Shown here: positions 6,448-15,516 of the stretch, in pieces
Numbering within the stretch: the stretch's first letter is position 1
Layout: every line of letters begins with the position of its first letter
From: a virus
Taxonomy: Duplodnaviria; Caudoviricetes
Virus record (IMG/VR): IMGVR_UViG_3300006055_000002
Coordinates: 1-34,531 of that record
DNA length: 34,531 nucleotides
Strand: one strand, 5' to 3'
Notes under the pieces: model-generated
Databases searched by the model: none
What the model was told of the DNA's origin: nothing
The model's input: the letters and a program-made list of their open reading frames with translations, nothing else
Translations under genes and position numbers: made by a program

Positions 6448-8297
6448 CCGACGCAATCACCCTCCTGCCGGCCGACCCCCGGCTACTCGACCCGGCCGCG
6501 GACAATCCCCGCTCCGACCTCGGCGACCTCGAAGGCCTCGCCGCGTCGATCCTCGAGAAGGGCATCCAGCAGCCGATCATCGTGACGCCTGGCGTCGAGC
6601 CCGGACGATTCACCATCGTCATGGGTCACAGGCGCGCCGCCGCAGCGGTGCTCGCCGGCCTCACCGAGGTCCAGGTCATCGTCCAGGCCGTCGCAGACGA
6701 CGCCGACCGCCAGGAGCTGATGCTGATCGAGAACCTCCAGAGGGAGGATCTCTCGACGCTGGACACCGCCCGCGGCTTCAAGGCGCTCGCCGACGGAGGC
6801 CTCACCCAACGGGAGATCGCCACGAAAGTCGGCGTGAGCCAGTCGATGGTCAGCAAGCACCTCTCGCTCCTGAAGCTCCCCGAGCCCGTGGTCGAGCTCG
6901 TCGCAGCTGGGGAGCTGTCCCAGGAGGATGCCGTCACGCTGGCCGGACTGCCGGCCGGAGCACGGGACGACATCGCCGCCGATGTCGAGAACGAGGCCAG
7001 CTCCGGGCATCCCCTGTCCGGAATCGAAGTAGCTCGAGCCATCGCCCACGCCAAGCACGAGGCGGAACAGCACGCCGCCTTCGAGGCAGAAGTCGCCGAA
7101 CTGAGGGCCGCTGGCGTCACCTTCGTCGATATCGACAATGTCAAGCCCAACTACGCCCCGGTTGGCCCCGTCATTCTCGGAGCGATGTATTGGGTGAAGC
7201 CGAGGCAGCATCTGGACGCGCCGTGCCGCGTCGTCGCCATTCGGGATGGCCGGATTGTCGTCGAGGCCTGCAACGAACCGAAGGACCACCCCAAGCCCGT
7301 CGACAAGCCCGAGCCGAGTAGAGGGCCACGGTCGAAAAAGGAGTCATCGGAGGCGGCGGCCAGGCGAGAGTCGATCGAGCGGTTCCGCGTCGATCTCTCC
7401 GAGGCCAACGAGCGACGCAAGGCGTGGCTCGCCACCGTGGAAGGCGATTCCGCCGGAATCAGCCGGGCGACCCTGGAGCTGATGTTCCTGCTCGACGAAA
7501 ACAGCCCGCTCGATCTCCCCGAACTCTGCGAACGCCTCGATGTTCCGTTCGGCGATCCGAGCCAGGACGGTGCGGCCGAATGCACCGCGATCCTCGCAGC
7601 GCACCTCGACGAGACGTCAGCCCGTCGAGCGACCTTCGTCGCTCTCGCGCTGGCAGTCGGCGAGATGTTCGATCAGACCGGCACTCGTTCGAACCGGTTC
7701 GAAGCCGATGCCTACGACGCTGAGAGAGGGACCGTCTATCTCGAGGCACTCGCAGAACTGGGCTATGCGCCGACTTGGATCGAGGCCAAGTACCTCAATC
7801 GGCCCTACGAGGAGCCTCAGATGCCGGGCACTTCGTCCCCGGCAACTGAGGAAGGAGCCTCAGATGCCGAAGCACTGACCGCTCCGGTGTCGATGACCGG
7901 TGATCTGCCGGCCGATCCGACTGACGACGAAGACGAAACCGTCATCGTGGTCGAAGAGTCAGAGTTCGGCCCGGGCCCGGATCCCGTAGAGAACGGCCTC
8001 AGGCGCCTCGCCGAGCTGAATGCGGAGGACGAGGACCAGACGGTCATGCTCGACGCGGGCACCGAGGCTCCGGCCGGTGCCGATTTCTCGACCTCAGATG
8101 AGGGGACGAAACCGGTACCCCACCGGTCCGAGCCTGCGATGCCCGCGCTCCCCCTGGACGTCGCCATCGACGAGAAGAAGGGGAAGTTCTACACCCGTTG
8201 CACCGAGTGCGGGGAGATCGGCTTCAACACCAAGCTCGACACTGCCCAGATGCGCCGAAAAGAGCACCTCCGGTCGGCCCACGGGAGGGCCGCATGA
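6444..8297 (+). CDS. parB: ParB/Spo0J/KorB-family protein with long acidic C-terminus and terminal C2H2-like Zn motif
   Basis: 'NPR..LAASILEKGIQQPIIV..GHRR', 'LIENLQREDL', HTH 'TQREIATKVGVSQSMVSKHL'; ends 'CTEC..HLRSAH'. Confidence 0.88.
   Translation: MTDAITLLPADPRLLDPAADNPRSDLGDLEGLAASILEKGIQQPIIVTPGVEPGRFTIVMGHRRAAAAVLAGLTEVQVIVQAVADDADRQELMLIENLQREDLSTLDTARGFKALADGGLTQREIATKVGVSQSMVSKHLSLLKLPEPVVELVAAGELSQEDAVTLAGLPAGARDDIAADVENEASSGHPLSGIEVARAIAHAKHEAEQHAAFEAEVAELRAAGVTFVDIDNVKPNYAPVGPVILGAMYWVKPRQHLDAPCRVVAIRDGRIVVEACNEPKDHPKPVDKPEPSRGPRSKKESSEAAARRESIERFRVDLSEANERRKAWLATVEGDSAGISRATLELMFLLDENSPLDLPELCERLDVPFGDPSQDGAAECTAILAAHLDETSARRATFVALALAVGEMFDQTGTRSNRFEADAYDAERGTVYLEALAELGYAPTWIEAKYLNRPYEEPQMPGTSSPATEEGASDAEALTAPVSMTGDLPADPTDDEDETVIVVEESEFGPGPDPVENGLRRLAELNAEDEDQTVMLDAGTEAPAGADFSTSDEGTKPVPHRSEPAMPALPLDVAIDEKKGKFYTRCTECGEIGFNTKLDTAQMRRKEHLRSAHGRAA
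7446..7460. promoter_or_regulatory. 15-bp palindrome copy 2 (GATTCCGCCGGAATC)
   Basis: Inside parB; read in frame as DSAGI. Confidence 0.7.
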
Positions 8298-8875
8298 CCG
8301 AGCTGAAGATTCCCCACGTCATGGAGACCTCCGACGGCGGCGACGTCGTCTGCGACGGCCACCTCGATCCTCAGCCCTTCATCCGAGCACTGCTCGCCTG
8401 CGGGGTCTTTGGGGGGTGGATCAGCGACTCGGGAAGCTTCGACCTCTGGGCCCTCCTGGCCAACGTCGAGCACCGCTGGTGGCTTCCGGATCCGGCCAAC
8501 GATGAGATCGGGACCTTCTGCGAGCCGGATACCGAAGGCGCCCAGGCCATCACCATCATCCCCGACTACCTCCAACATGCAAAGCCCGACGACGGCGCCG
8601 AAATGATCCGAGCCGAACGCAGACGGCAGATGGACGTCGAGGGGTACACGGCCGAGCACGACGCGGAGCACGACCTTGGCGAGCTGACGGCCGCCGCCAT
8701 TTGCTACCTGCTCCAGGTCCTCTGGCAGGTGAGCCAGGGCGAACTGGAGATCTCGACGACCCAGTTCTGGCCATGGGAGCTCGAGTCCTGGAAGCCCAGC
8801 GGCGACGTCGAACGAAATCTCGTCAGAGCCGGTGCCCTCATCTGCGCCGACATCGATCGCAGGGAGGCATCATGA
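8294..8875 (+). CDS. Conserved phage early protein of unknown function
   Basis: C-terminal 'ERRRQ..EGYTAEHD..GELTAAAICY..WPW..WKP..RNLVRAGALI.A.IDR', a domain common in phages. Confidence 0.75.
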   Translation: MTELKIPHVMETSDGGDVVCDGHLDPQPFIRALLACGVFGGWISDSGSFDLWALLANVEHRWWLPDPANDEIGTFCEPDTEGAQAITIIPDYLQHAKPDDGAEMIRAERRRQMDVEGYTAEHDAEHDLGELTAAAICYLLQVLWQVSQGELEISTTQFWPWELESWKPSGDVERNLVRAGALICADIDRREAS

Positions 8876-9659
8876 CCATCCACGCACCGCTGGGCGAACG
8901 CCTCCGGGAGAGGTTCCAAGAGGCCGAGATCCGACGTCAGCAGCATGTCGACGGCCTCGACCAGGCCGTCCAGGACATCGCCAACCTCCGGGCCCTCGAT
9001 CGACACCTGGTCGAGCAGGAGCTCCACGACGAGCTGCAGCTCGCAGATGTCGAGACGGTGGACCCTCCGCTCTTCGACGCCGGCCAGCGGGCCACCATCG
9101 CCGGCTTGATGGAACCGCCAAAGGGAGCCCTTTGCCCGGTCCACGGTTACGAGCATGGTGACTGCGGCGCCGGCCCAAAGCCCGACGCCCCGACACCCCC
9201 CCCGATTCCTCAGAGGCCGACGTGCCGGTCGCTGACGCCCCGCCGGCCGCCTCGCCTCCTCCAAAGAGTGCGACGGCCCGACGGTTCACTCCCGAGCAGA
9301 AGGCCGAAGCCGTGCGCCTGGCCGACGAGCTCGGCAGCGACTCCGAAGCCGCACGCCAGTCCGGCACGACATCGGTGTCGCTCAAGACCTGGCGCAAGTC
9401 CGGCACGACATCGGTGTCGCTCAAGACCTGGCGCAAGTCCGGCCACGGCAAGCGTCCGAAGTCGGTCAACGGCACAGCCGAGAACCGCGGCGCGAAGCGG
9501 GCCGATGCACACGAAGGCCCTCAGGTGAAGTGCCCGGTCTGCAACGCCAAGGTGCCGATCGTGGGTGAGCCCGGCGTCGAGTCCAGAGCCACGGCCATCC
9601 GGGAGCACTACAAGACGTCGCCCGACTGCCAGACGGCCCTCCGAGCGAGGCACGCGTGA
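8872..9659 (+). pseudogene. HTH/Zn-finger protein apparently frameshifted at a C8 tract (9196-9203)
   Basis: The frame from ATG 8872 loses coherence after the C8 run. The other frame continues 'DSSEADVPV..RRFTPEQKAEAVRLA..CPVC..H' to a stop coupled with the next gene. Confidence 0.6.
9358..9443 (+). repeat. Perfect 39-bp tandem duplication
   Basis: 9358-9396 equals 9397-9435; bounded by AGTCCGGC microhomology. Confidence 0.95.
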
Positions 9660-9748
9660 TCCTCGTCAAGATCATCCTGGCTATTCAGTGCGTCTGGGAC
9701 GTGGTGGTTGCTACCGTCCTCCTCCTCCTCGTGAAGGATCATCGATGA
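9656..9748 (+). CDS. 30-aa hydrophobic peptide (below the ORF-track cutoff)
   Basis: MILVKIILAIQCVWDVVVATVLLLLVKDHR; GTGA and ATGA overlaps on the two sides. Confidence 0.55.
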   Translation: MILVKIILAIQCVWDVVVATVLLLLVKDHR

Positions 9749-9897
9749 GGACTCTCCGGTCAGTCGAGGAGATCGCCGGAGGGGTGTGCATGGAGCACTC
9801 GAGCACCCTTCCCTGCCAGGAGTGCGACCAGTGGGCTGAGAAGAGCCGGAAGGCGCGCAGCCAGTCGCCGGCCACGAGCGGGGGAGCGACCCGGTGA
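9745..9897 (+). CDS. Small Cys/His protein
   Basis: Coupled start; 'CMEH..PCQEC'. Confidence 0.5.
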   Translation: MRTLRSVEEIAGGVCMEHSSTLPCQECDQWAEKSRKARSQSPATSGGATR

Positions 9898-10091
9898 AGC
9901 GCCAGGTGTGCGGCACATGCCGGCCGCCGGCAGATGGGACGCCCGAGCGCGAGACGATTGATCGGTTCAGGGACTTCCTCCGGACTGCCGGCCCACCGGT
10001 GCGCCCTGGTGATCCGTCCCGGTTGCGATCACCGGCTGAGCGGTACCGCGTCCGGTTCCTGGCGTGGCGCGTCGGGCAGGTGGCCCAGTGA
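9894..10091 (+). CDS. Hypothetical protein
   Basis: GTGA coupling; GGGGGAG RBS. Confidence 0.5.
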   Translation: MKRQVCGTCRPPADGTPERETIDRFRDFLRTAGPPVRPGDPSRLRSPAERYRVRFLAWRVGQVAQ

Positions 10092-10159
10092 TCCGTCGAT
10101 GGATCAGCCGCAAGCTCGACGAGTGGCTCGGCTGGGACGAGTGGCGGCTCCGGTCGTGA
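10088..10159 (+). CDS. 23-aa Trp-rich peptide
   Basis: MIRRWISRKLDEWLGWDEWRLRS; GTGA overlaps at both ends. Confidence 0.45.
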   Translation: MIRRWISRKLDEWLGWDEWRLRS

Positions 10160-10545
10160 AGCGCACCGAGCTGGCGAAGGTCTCGCCGAAGCGTCGCCGG
10201 GAGAACCGCGTCCGGTCGAGGCTGCTCAAGGCGCGCCGCGGCGACAATCCGATCTGCGAGGCCCGTCTCCCAGGATGCCGGGGGAGAGTCGACGACGGCC
10301 ACGAGATCAAGACCGCCGGCCGTGGCGGCTCCCGGGTCGACCTCTCGAACATCGCCGACCTCTGTCGCTGGTGCCACGACATCATCACCCGCAACTCGGC
10401 ATGGTCGGATCGGCACGGCTGGACGGTACCGAGCACGGCCACGCCCGGTGACATTGGGATCGCTCGCCAGATCCGATCTGTGTTCCGATGCACCGCCGGC
10501 TGCGCGATCGACCACCGCATAGAGGTCTCGGAGCTGGCCACGTGA
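10156..10545 (+). CDS. HNH-family nuclease
   Basis: 'MKRT..CEARLPGC..DGHE..RGG..SNIADLCRWCH'. Confidence 0.75.
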   Translation: MKRTELAKVSPKRRRENRVRSRLLKARRGDNPICEARLPGCRGRVDDGHEIKTAGRGGSRVDLSNIADLCRWCHDIITRNSAWSDRHGWTVPSTATPGDIGIARQIRSVFRCTAGCAIDHRIEVSELAT

Positions 10546-12497
10546 CTGCGACAATCCATCGCCTGGGCGCGACCGTCGACGCCATCGACCTGTTCTGCGG
10601 CTATGGGGGCAGCTCCCAGGGCATCCACGCCAGCGGCGCCACGGTGCGCCTGGCGGCCAATCACAGCCAGATGGCCATCGAATGCCACGCGGCCAACTAT
10701 CCCGACACGGAACACTGTCGGGCCGACCTGTCGAATCCCGACGAGGCCGACTACGTCGACGTCCAGGACCTCCCGCCGGCCCGGTTCCTATGGGCCTCTC
10801 CCTCGTGCAAGTTCCACTCCCAGGCCAACTCGAAGAAGATCTACGCCCGGGGCAACCACAGGGACCACTACGGCACCGAGTTCGACGACGTCGCCTACGC
10901 CAACTCCGAGCGGTCGAGGGTGACCATGCTCTGCCCGCTCCGGTACGCGGCCAAGCACCGTCCCGAGCTCGTCGTCATCGAGAACGTGGTCGAGTGCGCC
11001 AGGTGGGGTCCCGACCGTGACGGCTCGACCTTCCGCTGGTGGCTCGAGGAGTGGACGAAGCTCGGCTACGAGCATGAGACGCTGTTCCTGAACAGCCAGT
11101 TCTTCCCACCGTGCCCGCAGAGCCGCGACCGGATGTACGTCGTCTTCTGGCGTGCCGGCAACACCAAGCCGAATCTCGACTACCTCCCTGACGCCCTGTG
11201 CACGAGCGACCGGTGCCAGGGGTCGATGGTCGGCGCCGTCCAGACATGGAAGCCCAGGACGAAGGCGTGGCCGCTTCCTCGCTGGGGGAAGTACGAGGGC
11301 CAGTACACCTACAGCTGCCCGGACTGCACCGCCCGAGTGCATCCGGTCGCGTGGCCGGCCTACACAGCCATCGACTGGACGAATCTCGGCCCGAGGATGG
11401 ACGAGCGGTCCGAGCTCGGCATGGATCCGCTGGCGCCGACGACCATGGAGCGGATCCGCCGTGGGCTGACCAAGTTCCGGGGCGGCCCTCCGATCGTGAT
11501 CCCCGCCAAGAGCGTCTGGGGCACGGACCGACCGGTCACCTGGCCATTCGGCACGCAGACGAGCCAGCAGGACAAGGCGCTTGTCGGAGCGACGATCGAT
11601 GTTGCCCATACCCACAGCCCGACCCGGTACGCCTCGAATCGCTCTCGTGGGCTTCACGAAGCCCTGCACACTCTCACGAGCTCGGGGCCCGGCGCTGGGG
11701 TCGCCATCGAAGGGCGCCCGTTCATCGTCAAGAACAACGGGTCGATCGACGAGGCCGGATATCGGTCCCGACCGATATCCGAGCCGCTCGGTACGTTCGC
11801 CACCCATCCAACGCAGTCCCTCGTGACCGACGGCGTCTCCGTGGTCGGCGCCGGCAACACCTTCGAGCGGCCCGGCTCGACGTGCCGATCTCGACCGCTC
11901 GCCTTCCCACTTCCTACCCAGCACGCCACGGGTGCCTTCGGGTTCGCTCACACACCCCTGACGGTCAGCCTGAGGGGAACGTCGGAAGGTCATATCACCA
12001 GCTCGAGCGAGCCGGTGACCGAGTCACTCCGGACCGTCAGTGCCGAGGGCCTGCATCACGGCGTCGCATCGCCGGCCCTGTTCCAGAAGATCAATGGGGG
12101 AGCTGGGGACACGGCGTGGCACCACCTGGGCGAGCCGACCAACACGGTCACGGCCCGGGACACGCACGGCCTGATCGTGCTGCCGTGGATCGACCAGTGG
12201 CGCTCCGACCCCGCAGCCATTTCCGAGCAGCTGGCCACGGTGATGACCCATGCTCGGCACTCCCTGGCGTCGGTCGAGGTCGACTGCGAGCCCATCACCG
12301 ATGCTGACCTCGACCAGGTGCGCTTCCGGATGCTCGATCCGGATCCGGAGCTGCGTAGGGCGATGGCCTTCGGCGATGACTACATCCTCCTCGGCAACAA
12401 GAGCCAGATGACCAGCGGGCTCGGCAACGCCGTCACCCCTCCGGTAGCTGCGTGGATCACTGAGCGCTGTCTGGCGACCCTCGGAGGCAACTGCTGA
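10542..12497 (+). CDS. DNA (cytosine-5) methyltransferase
   Basis: Motif I DLFCGYGG, IV SPSC, VI ENV, VIII QSRDR, X GNAV. Confidence 0.93.
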   Translation: MTATIHRLGATVDAIDLFCGYGGSSQGIHASGATVRLAANHSQMAIECHAANYPDTEHCRADLSNPDEADYVDVQDLPPARFLWASPSCKFHSQANSKKIYARGNHRDHYGTEFDDVAYANSERSRVTMLCPLRYAAKHRPELVVIENVVECARWGPDRDGSTFRWWLEEWTKLGYEHETLFLNSQFFPPCPQSRDRMYVVFWRAGNTKPNLDYLPDALCTSDRCQGSMVGAVQTWKPRTKAWPLPRWGKYEGQYTYSCPDCTARVHPVAWPAYTAIDWTNLGPRMDERSELGMDPLAPTTMERIRRGLTKFRGGPPIVIPAKSVWGTDRPVTWPFGTQTSQQDKALVGATIDVAHTHSPTRYASNRSRGLHEALHTLTSSGPGAGVAIEGRPFIVKNNGSIDEAGYRSRPISEPLGTFATHPTQSLVTDGVSVVGAGNTFERPGSTCRSRPLAFPLPTQHATGAFGFAHTPLTVSLRGTSEGHITSSSEPVTESLRTVSAEGLHHGVASPALFQKINGGAGDTAWHHLGEPTNTVTARDTHGLIVLPWIDQWRSDPAAISEQLATVMTHARHSLASVEVDCEPITDADLDQVRFRMLDPDPELRRAMAFGDDYILLGNKSQMTSGLGNAVTPPVAAWITERCLATLGGNC

Positions 12498-12721
12498 TGG
12501 ACGAGCTCTGCATCCACGACCTGATGCCCGAGACCTGCACCATCTGTTTACACGGGGTCGAGGACAAGCCGGCCCTGACCATCGACGGCGAGTTCGAAGC
12601 CAAGTACGACGGCGACTGTCGAGGATGCTCGCTGGCCATCGTCCCTGGACAGCCCATTTATCTGCTCTCCAATGGGGCCTACGTGCATCGGGGGTGTGAG
12701 CCAGATGGAACATCCCGCTGA
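12497..12721 (+). CDS. Small Zn-binding protein
   Basis: 'CIH..CTIC..CRGC..HRGC'; TGATG coupling. Confidence 0.65.
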   Translation: MDELCIHDLMPETCTICLHGVEDKPALTIDGEFEAKYDGDCRGCSLAIVPGQPIYLLSNGAYVHRGCEPDGTSR

Positions 12722-12980
12722 CATCCGACACCGAGCATCGACGATCGAGGGCTTCAGCGACTACTTCTGCGAGTCATTCAGCCCTCACGTCCATTCTGAG
12801 GACCTCGATTGGCTCCGGCAGACGGTCACGGACCTGGCCGACGAGGTCGAGCGCCTGCGCCGGCCGCCGGCCTCGATCCCTTCGTGCGCCCTCCGTGGCA
12901 CATCAGGCGAGCGCGGCTCGTTCGTCATCTCCAGGGAGCAATGGGACGAGCTGCTGAGTGTGCCGAGGTCGACGTCGTGA
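12705..12980 (+). CDS. Hypothetical protein
   Basis: Fits the operon chain; stop overlaps the next GTG. Confidence 0.5.
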   Translation: MEHPADIRHRASTIEGFSDYFCESFSPHVHSEDLDWLRQTVTDLADEVERLRRPPASIPSCALRGTSGERGSFVISREQWDELLSVPRSTS

Positions 12981-13300
12981 CGGCCCTCCAGCTCATCCCG
13001 TTCCCGGATCCCCTGACAGCCTTCGACGACGTCGGATGTTGGGGAGCGCCCGTCGGGGCGATGTGGCCCTGCAAGCACGGGAAGCACCGGCTCGCCGACC
13101 GTCAGCCGTGTCTGATCGTCCGGATGCCTGAGGCGGCCGCGTGGTGGCACACCAATAGCGAGGCGACTGACCCTCCGCACGGTCTGTGGAACGTCAGCTG
13201 GCCACCGGGCCATCCCGAGCTACTGACGGTGACGCCGTCGATCAACATCGGGCCCGAGATCTGGCACGGCTTCATCACCGAAGGGCAGATGACGCCGTGA
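12977..13300 (+). CDS. DUF6527-like protein
   Basis: 'W....PELLTVTPSI..WHGFITEG'. Confidence 0.55.
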   Translation: MTALQLIPFPDPLTAFDDVGCWGAPVGAMWPCKHGKHRLADRQPCLIVRMPEAAAWWHTNSEATDPPHGLWNVSWPPGHPELLTVTPSINIGPEIWHGFITEGQMTP

Positions 13301-13518
13301 GCGCCTACGTGATCCATGCCTGCTGTCCGGTCTGCAGACCGGGGACCCAGCTCGAGCCAGTAGTCGAGGGGAAGTCCTGCACGACCTTCAGTTGCGCAGT
13401 AGGGGAGTGTCCTCGATGCAATCGCCGGTTCGAGATCATGTGCTTCCTCCGTCCTGCCGGCGACGCTGGTGCCTCGGACCGACATCGGCGTTCCCGTCGA
13501 TCGAGGGCCGCAGCATGA
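13297..13518 (+). CDS. Small Zn-ribbon protein
   Basis: CPVC and CPRC; coupled. Confidence 0.55.
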   Translation: MSAYVIHACCPVCRPGTQLEPVVEGKSCTTFSCAVGECPRCNRRFEIMCFLRPAGDAGASDRHRRSRRSRAAA

Positions 13519-13754
13519 CCGAGTCCACCGTCCGACCGACCGTCTGGATCACGGAGAGCTTCCGCGACGGCGAACCACGGTTCGGCTGGAAGTGCTCGGG
13601 ATGCGATGTCGAGCGAGTTGGAATCAAGCACCGTCAAATGGCCCACGAGGACGGCGCTGCCCACCGATGCGCTGAGTCGACACCGGCCGTGATCACCGGC
13701 AAGGGACTTGATTCGGCCGGAATCAGCGAGACAGGAGCTGCGCCATGTGCATGA
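13515..13754 (+). CDS. Small Zn-binding protein
   Basis: 'WKCSGC..HRC'; ATGA coupling. Confidence 0.55.
   Translation: MTESTVRPTVWITESFRDGEPRFGWKCSGCDVERVGIKHRQMAHEDGAAHRCAESTPAVITGKGLDSAGISETGAAPCA
13710..13724. promoter_or_regulatory. 15-bp palindrome copy 3 (GATTCGGCCGGAATC)
   Basis: TGATTCGGCCGGAATCAGC is identical to copy 1 and again lies just before an AGGAG RBS. Confidence 0.75.
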
Positions 13755-14170
13755 TCGACTACTCCGACAGCAACGGACTCTGGCTTGACCCGCCGCACGA
13801 AGTCACCGCTCGCAAAGAGCACCGCTGCCAGAACTGCCGCCGCACCATCGCCAAGGGTGAGCGGTACTGGTACGGCAAATGGCTGGACAACGATGGCGGC
13901 TGCATCATGACGATCAAGCACTGCTCCCTGTGCCTCATTGCCGCCGGCTGGCTGGACAAGGTGTGCAACGGGCACCTGTGGGGCGACGACGCCATTCTGA
14001 GCGACCTGGCCGAACACTGGAATGAGGAGCCAGCGTTCCAGTGCCGGTCCTTCGCCCATCTGCTGGCTGGCATGCGATCCGGATGGGCCGGCAAGACGCC
14101 GGCCCAGGTCGCCAGCCTCACCCGGTATGCCACGGCCCACGCTGAGCGCCAGCTGGCGGCCGTCAGTTGA
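13745..14170 (+). CDS. Zn-binding phage protein
   Basis: 'ARKEHRCQNCRRTIAKGERY..HCSLC'; AGGAG RBS. Confidence 0.75.
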   Translation: MCMIDYSDSNGLWLDPPHEVTARKEHRCQNCRRTIAKGERYWYGKWLDNDGGCIMTIKHCSLCLIAAGWLDKVCNGHLWGDDAILSDLAEHWNEEPAFQCRSFAHLLAGMRSGWAGKTPAQVASLTRYATAHAERQLAAVS

Positions 14171-14210
14171 CCCTTTTACCCGTACCTGCCCAACCCCTGG
14201 AGGAAACACC

Positions 14211-14504
14211 GTGAAGAGACTTCGCAAATGGCTGCATCGACATGCCCTGCCCAAGGTCGAAATGAAAGCTGGCATGGTCGTCGGCGATCGGTTCAAGTGC
14301 ACCGGTCCATTCTCGGCCCTTCCGTTCAATCCCTTCGAGCACCCGCAGTGGCAGCCGTCCCGGGTCAACTTCAACGGGCGCTGGATCGCCGTCCAGGCCA
14401 CGGAGCGCACCCACGAGGACTTCGGTTGGGAAGCCGTATCCGTCGAGGCACTGAATCGCGACGACGACGTCACGCCGGCCGTCGAAGTGCGGGGGCCTCG
14501 TTGA
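14211..14504 (+). CDS. Hypothetical protein
   Basis: GGAGG RBS before GTG 14211. Confidence 0.55.
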   Translation: MKRLRKWLHRHALPKVEMKAGMVVGDRFKCTGPFSALPFNPFEHPQWQPSRVNFNGRWIAVQATERTHEDFGWEAVSVEALNRDDDVTPAVEVRGPR

Positions 14505-14779
14505 GGAGATCGAGAACCGACGGGCCCGAGTTCCCTGAGCCGCCATCCCTCGATGGCTTCGCGAAGGGCGACCTGGTCACGACCATCGACGATCCGAGGG
14601 TCTATCGGCTGACTGGACTTGTGGCCGAAGCCGTCCCGGGCAGCGGCCAGCTGCCCATGGTGCAAGTGACCGTTGCTGTGTCGAACATCGGCAACCTCTT
14701 CGACCTCCCGAAGTGGAAGTCTGTCATCTGCCTTCGGAAAGTGAGCCAGCTCGAACCGGCCACTGAGGCCTCGGCGTGA
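14501..14779 (+). CDS. Hypothetical protein
   Basis: TTGA and GTGA coupling. Confidence 0.45.
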   Translation: MRRSRTDGPEFPEPPSLDGFAKGDLVTTIDDPRVYRLTGLVAEAVPGSGQLPMVQVTVAVSNIGNLFDLPKWKSVICLRKVSQLEPATEASA

Positions 14780-15516
14780 CCATCTATCGGAAGAAGCCCG
14801 TAGAGGTCGAGGCGCGGCGGATCGGTGGGCCCGGAGCGGCGTGGCCAGCGATCCGCGAGTGGTGCGGCGGTCGGTCTCCCATCCGATCGGACAGTCCGTG
14901 CGCGATCATCATTGACACCCTCAAGGGGCCGATGTACGCCATGCCGGGCGATTGGATCATCAGGGAACCGTTCCCGACAGCCGACCGCCAGTTCTACCCC
15001 TGCAAGCCCGACATCTTCGAGGCGACCTACGAGCTGGCCGAGCGCCGCGTCCAGGACGGCACCGGTACCGATGCCCAGGTCGCCGAGCACTGGCGACTTC
15101 GAGCCCTGGCGGCCGAAGCCAAGCTCGAAGCGGAGGAACAGCCAGTCGGCTACATCGTCCTGACGCGCTCGATCGCGGGCCACTGGAAGGACGACTGGGA
15201 TGGCGAGGTCCACGAGTCCTACGACGTCGGCATGGTCGCTTTCCGTGAGTGCTCCGAAGCCCGATCGGAGTGCCTCCTGGCCGAGCTGCGACCAGTCGCT
15301 CAGCACGTAGTCGCCCACGACCCCGAACAGAAGCACGAGCTCGTCGGCGGCATCAAGACGACACCAAGCGCCGAGGGATGGGTCTCGTCCGTGCAATGCG
15401 CCTGCGGTGCAGGATTCGGTGGCTACGCCCAAACCCTCATTGAAGCGAATGAGGCGGCTCTAGCGACCCTGCAGGTCCATGCCCGTATTCAGGGACAGCC
15501 GGAGGTGCCCGAGTGA
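14776..15516 (+). CDS. Phage protein with conserved N-terminal 'RKKPV..GDWII..YPCKPDIFE.TY' domain
   Basis: Recognisable widespread phage domain fused to extra C-terminal segments. Confidence 0.75.
   Translation: MTIYRKKPVEVEARRIGGPGAAWPAIREWCGGRSPIRSDSPCAIIIDTLKGPMYAMPGDWIIREPFPTADRQFYPCKPDIFEATYELAERRVQDGTGTDAQVAEHWRLRALAAEAKLEAEEQPVGYIVLTRSIAGHWKDDWDGEVHESYDVGMVAFRECSEARSECLLAELRPVAQHVVAHDPEQKHELVGGIKTTPSAEGWVSSVQCACGAGFGGYAQTLIEANEAALATLQVHARIQGQPEVPE

Noticed and set aside
5560-6456. Antisense Gly-rich ORF (GGY/GGS/GGF)
   Set aside because: Mirror of the Ala repeat. The plus-strand gene has RBS, coupling and recognisable motifs; the antisense ORF has no support.
6145-9443. Repeats as diversity-generating retroelement TR/VR
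   Set aside because: No reverse transcriptase in the window and no adenine-specific repeat pair.
9222-9659. IS3-like OrfA HTH (RRFTPEQKAEAV) suggesting an insertion sequence
   Set aside because: No DDE OrfB, terminal inverted repeats or target duplication seen; the ORF is coupled into the phage operon.
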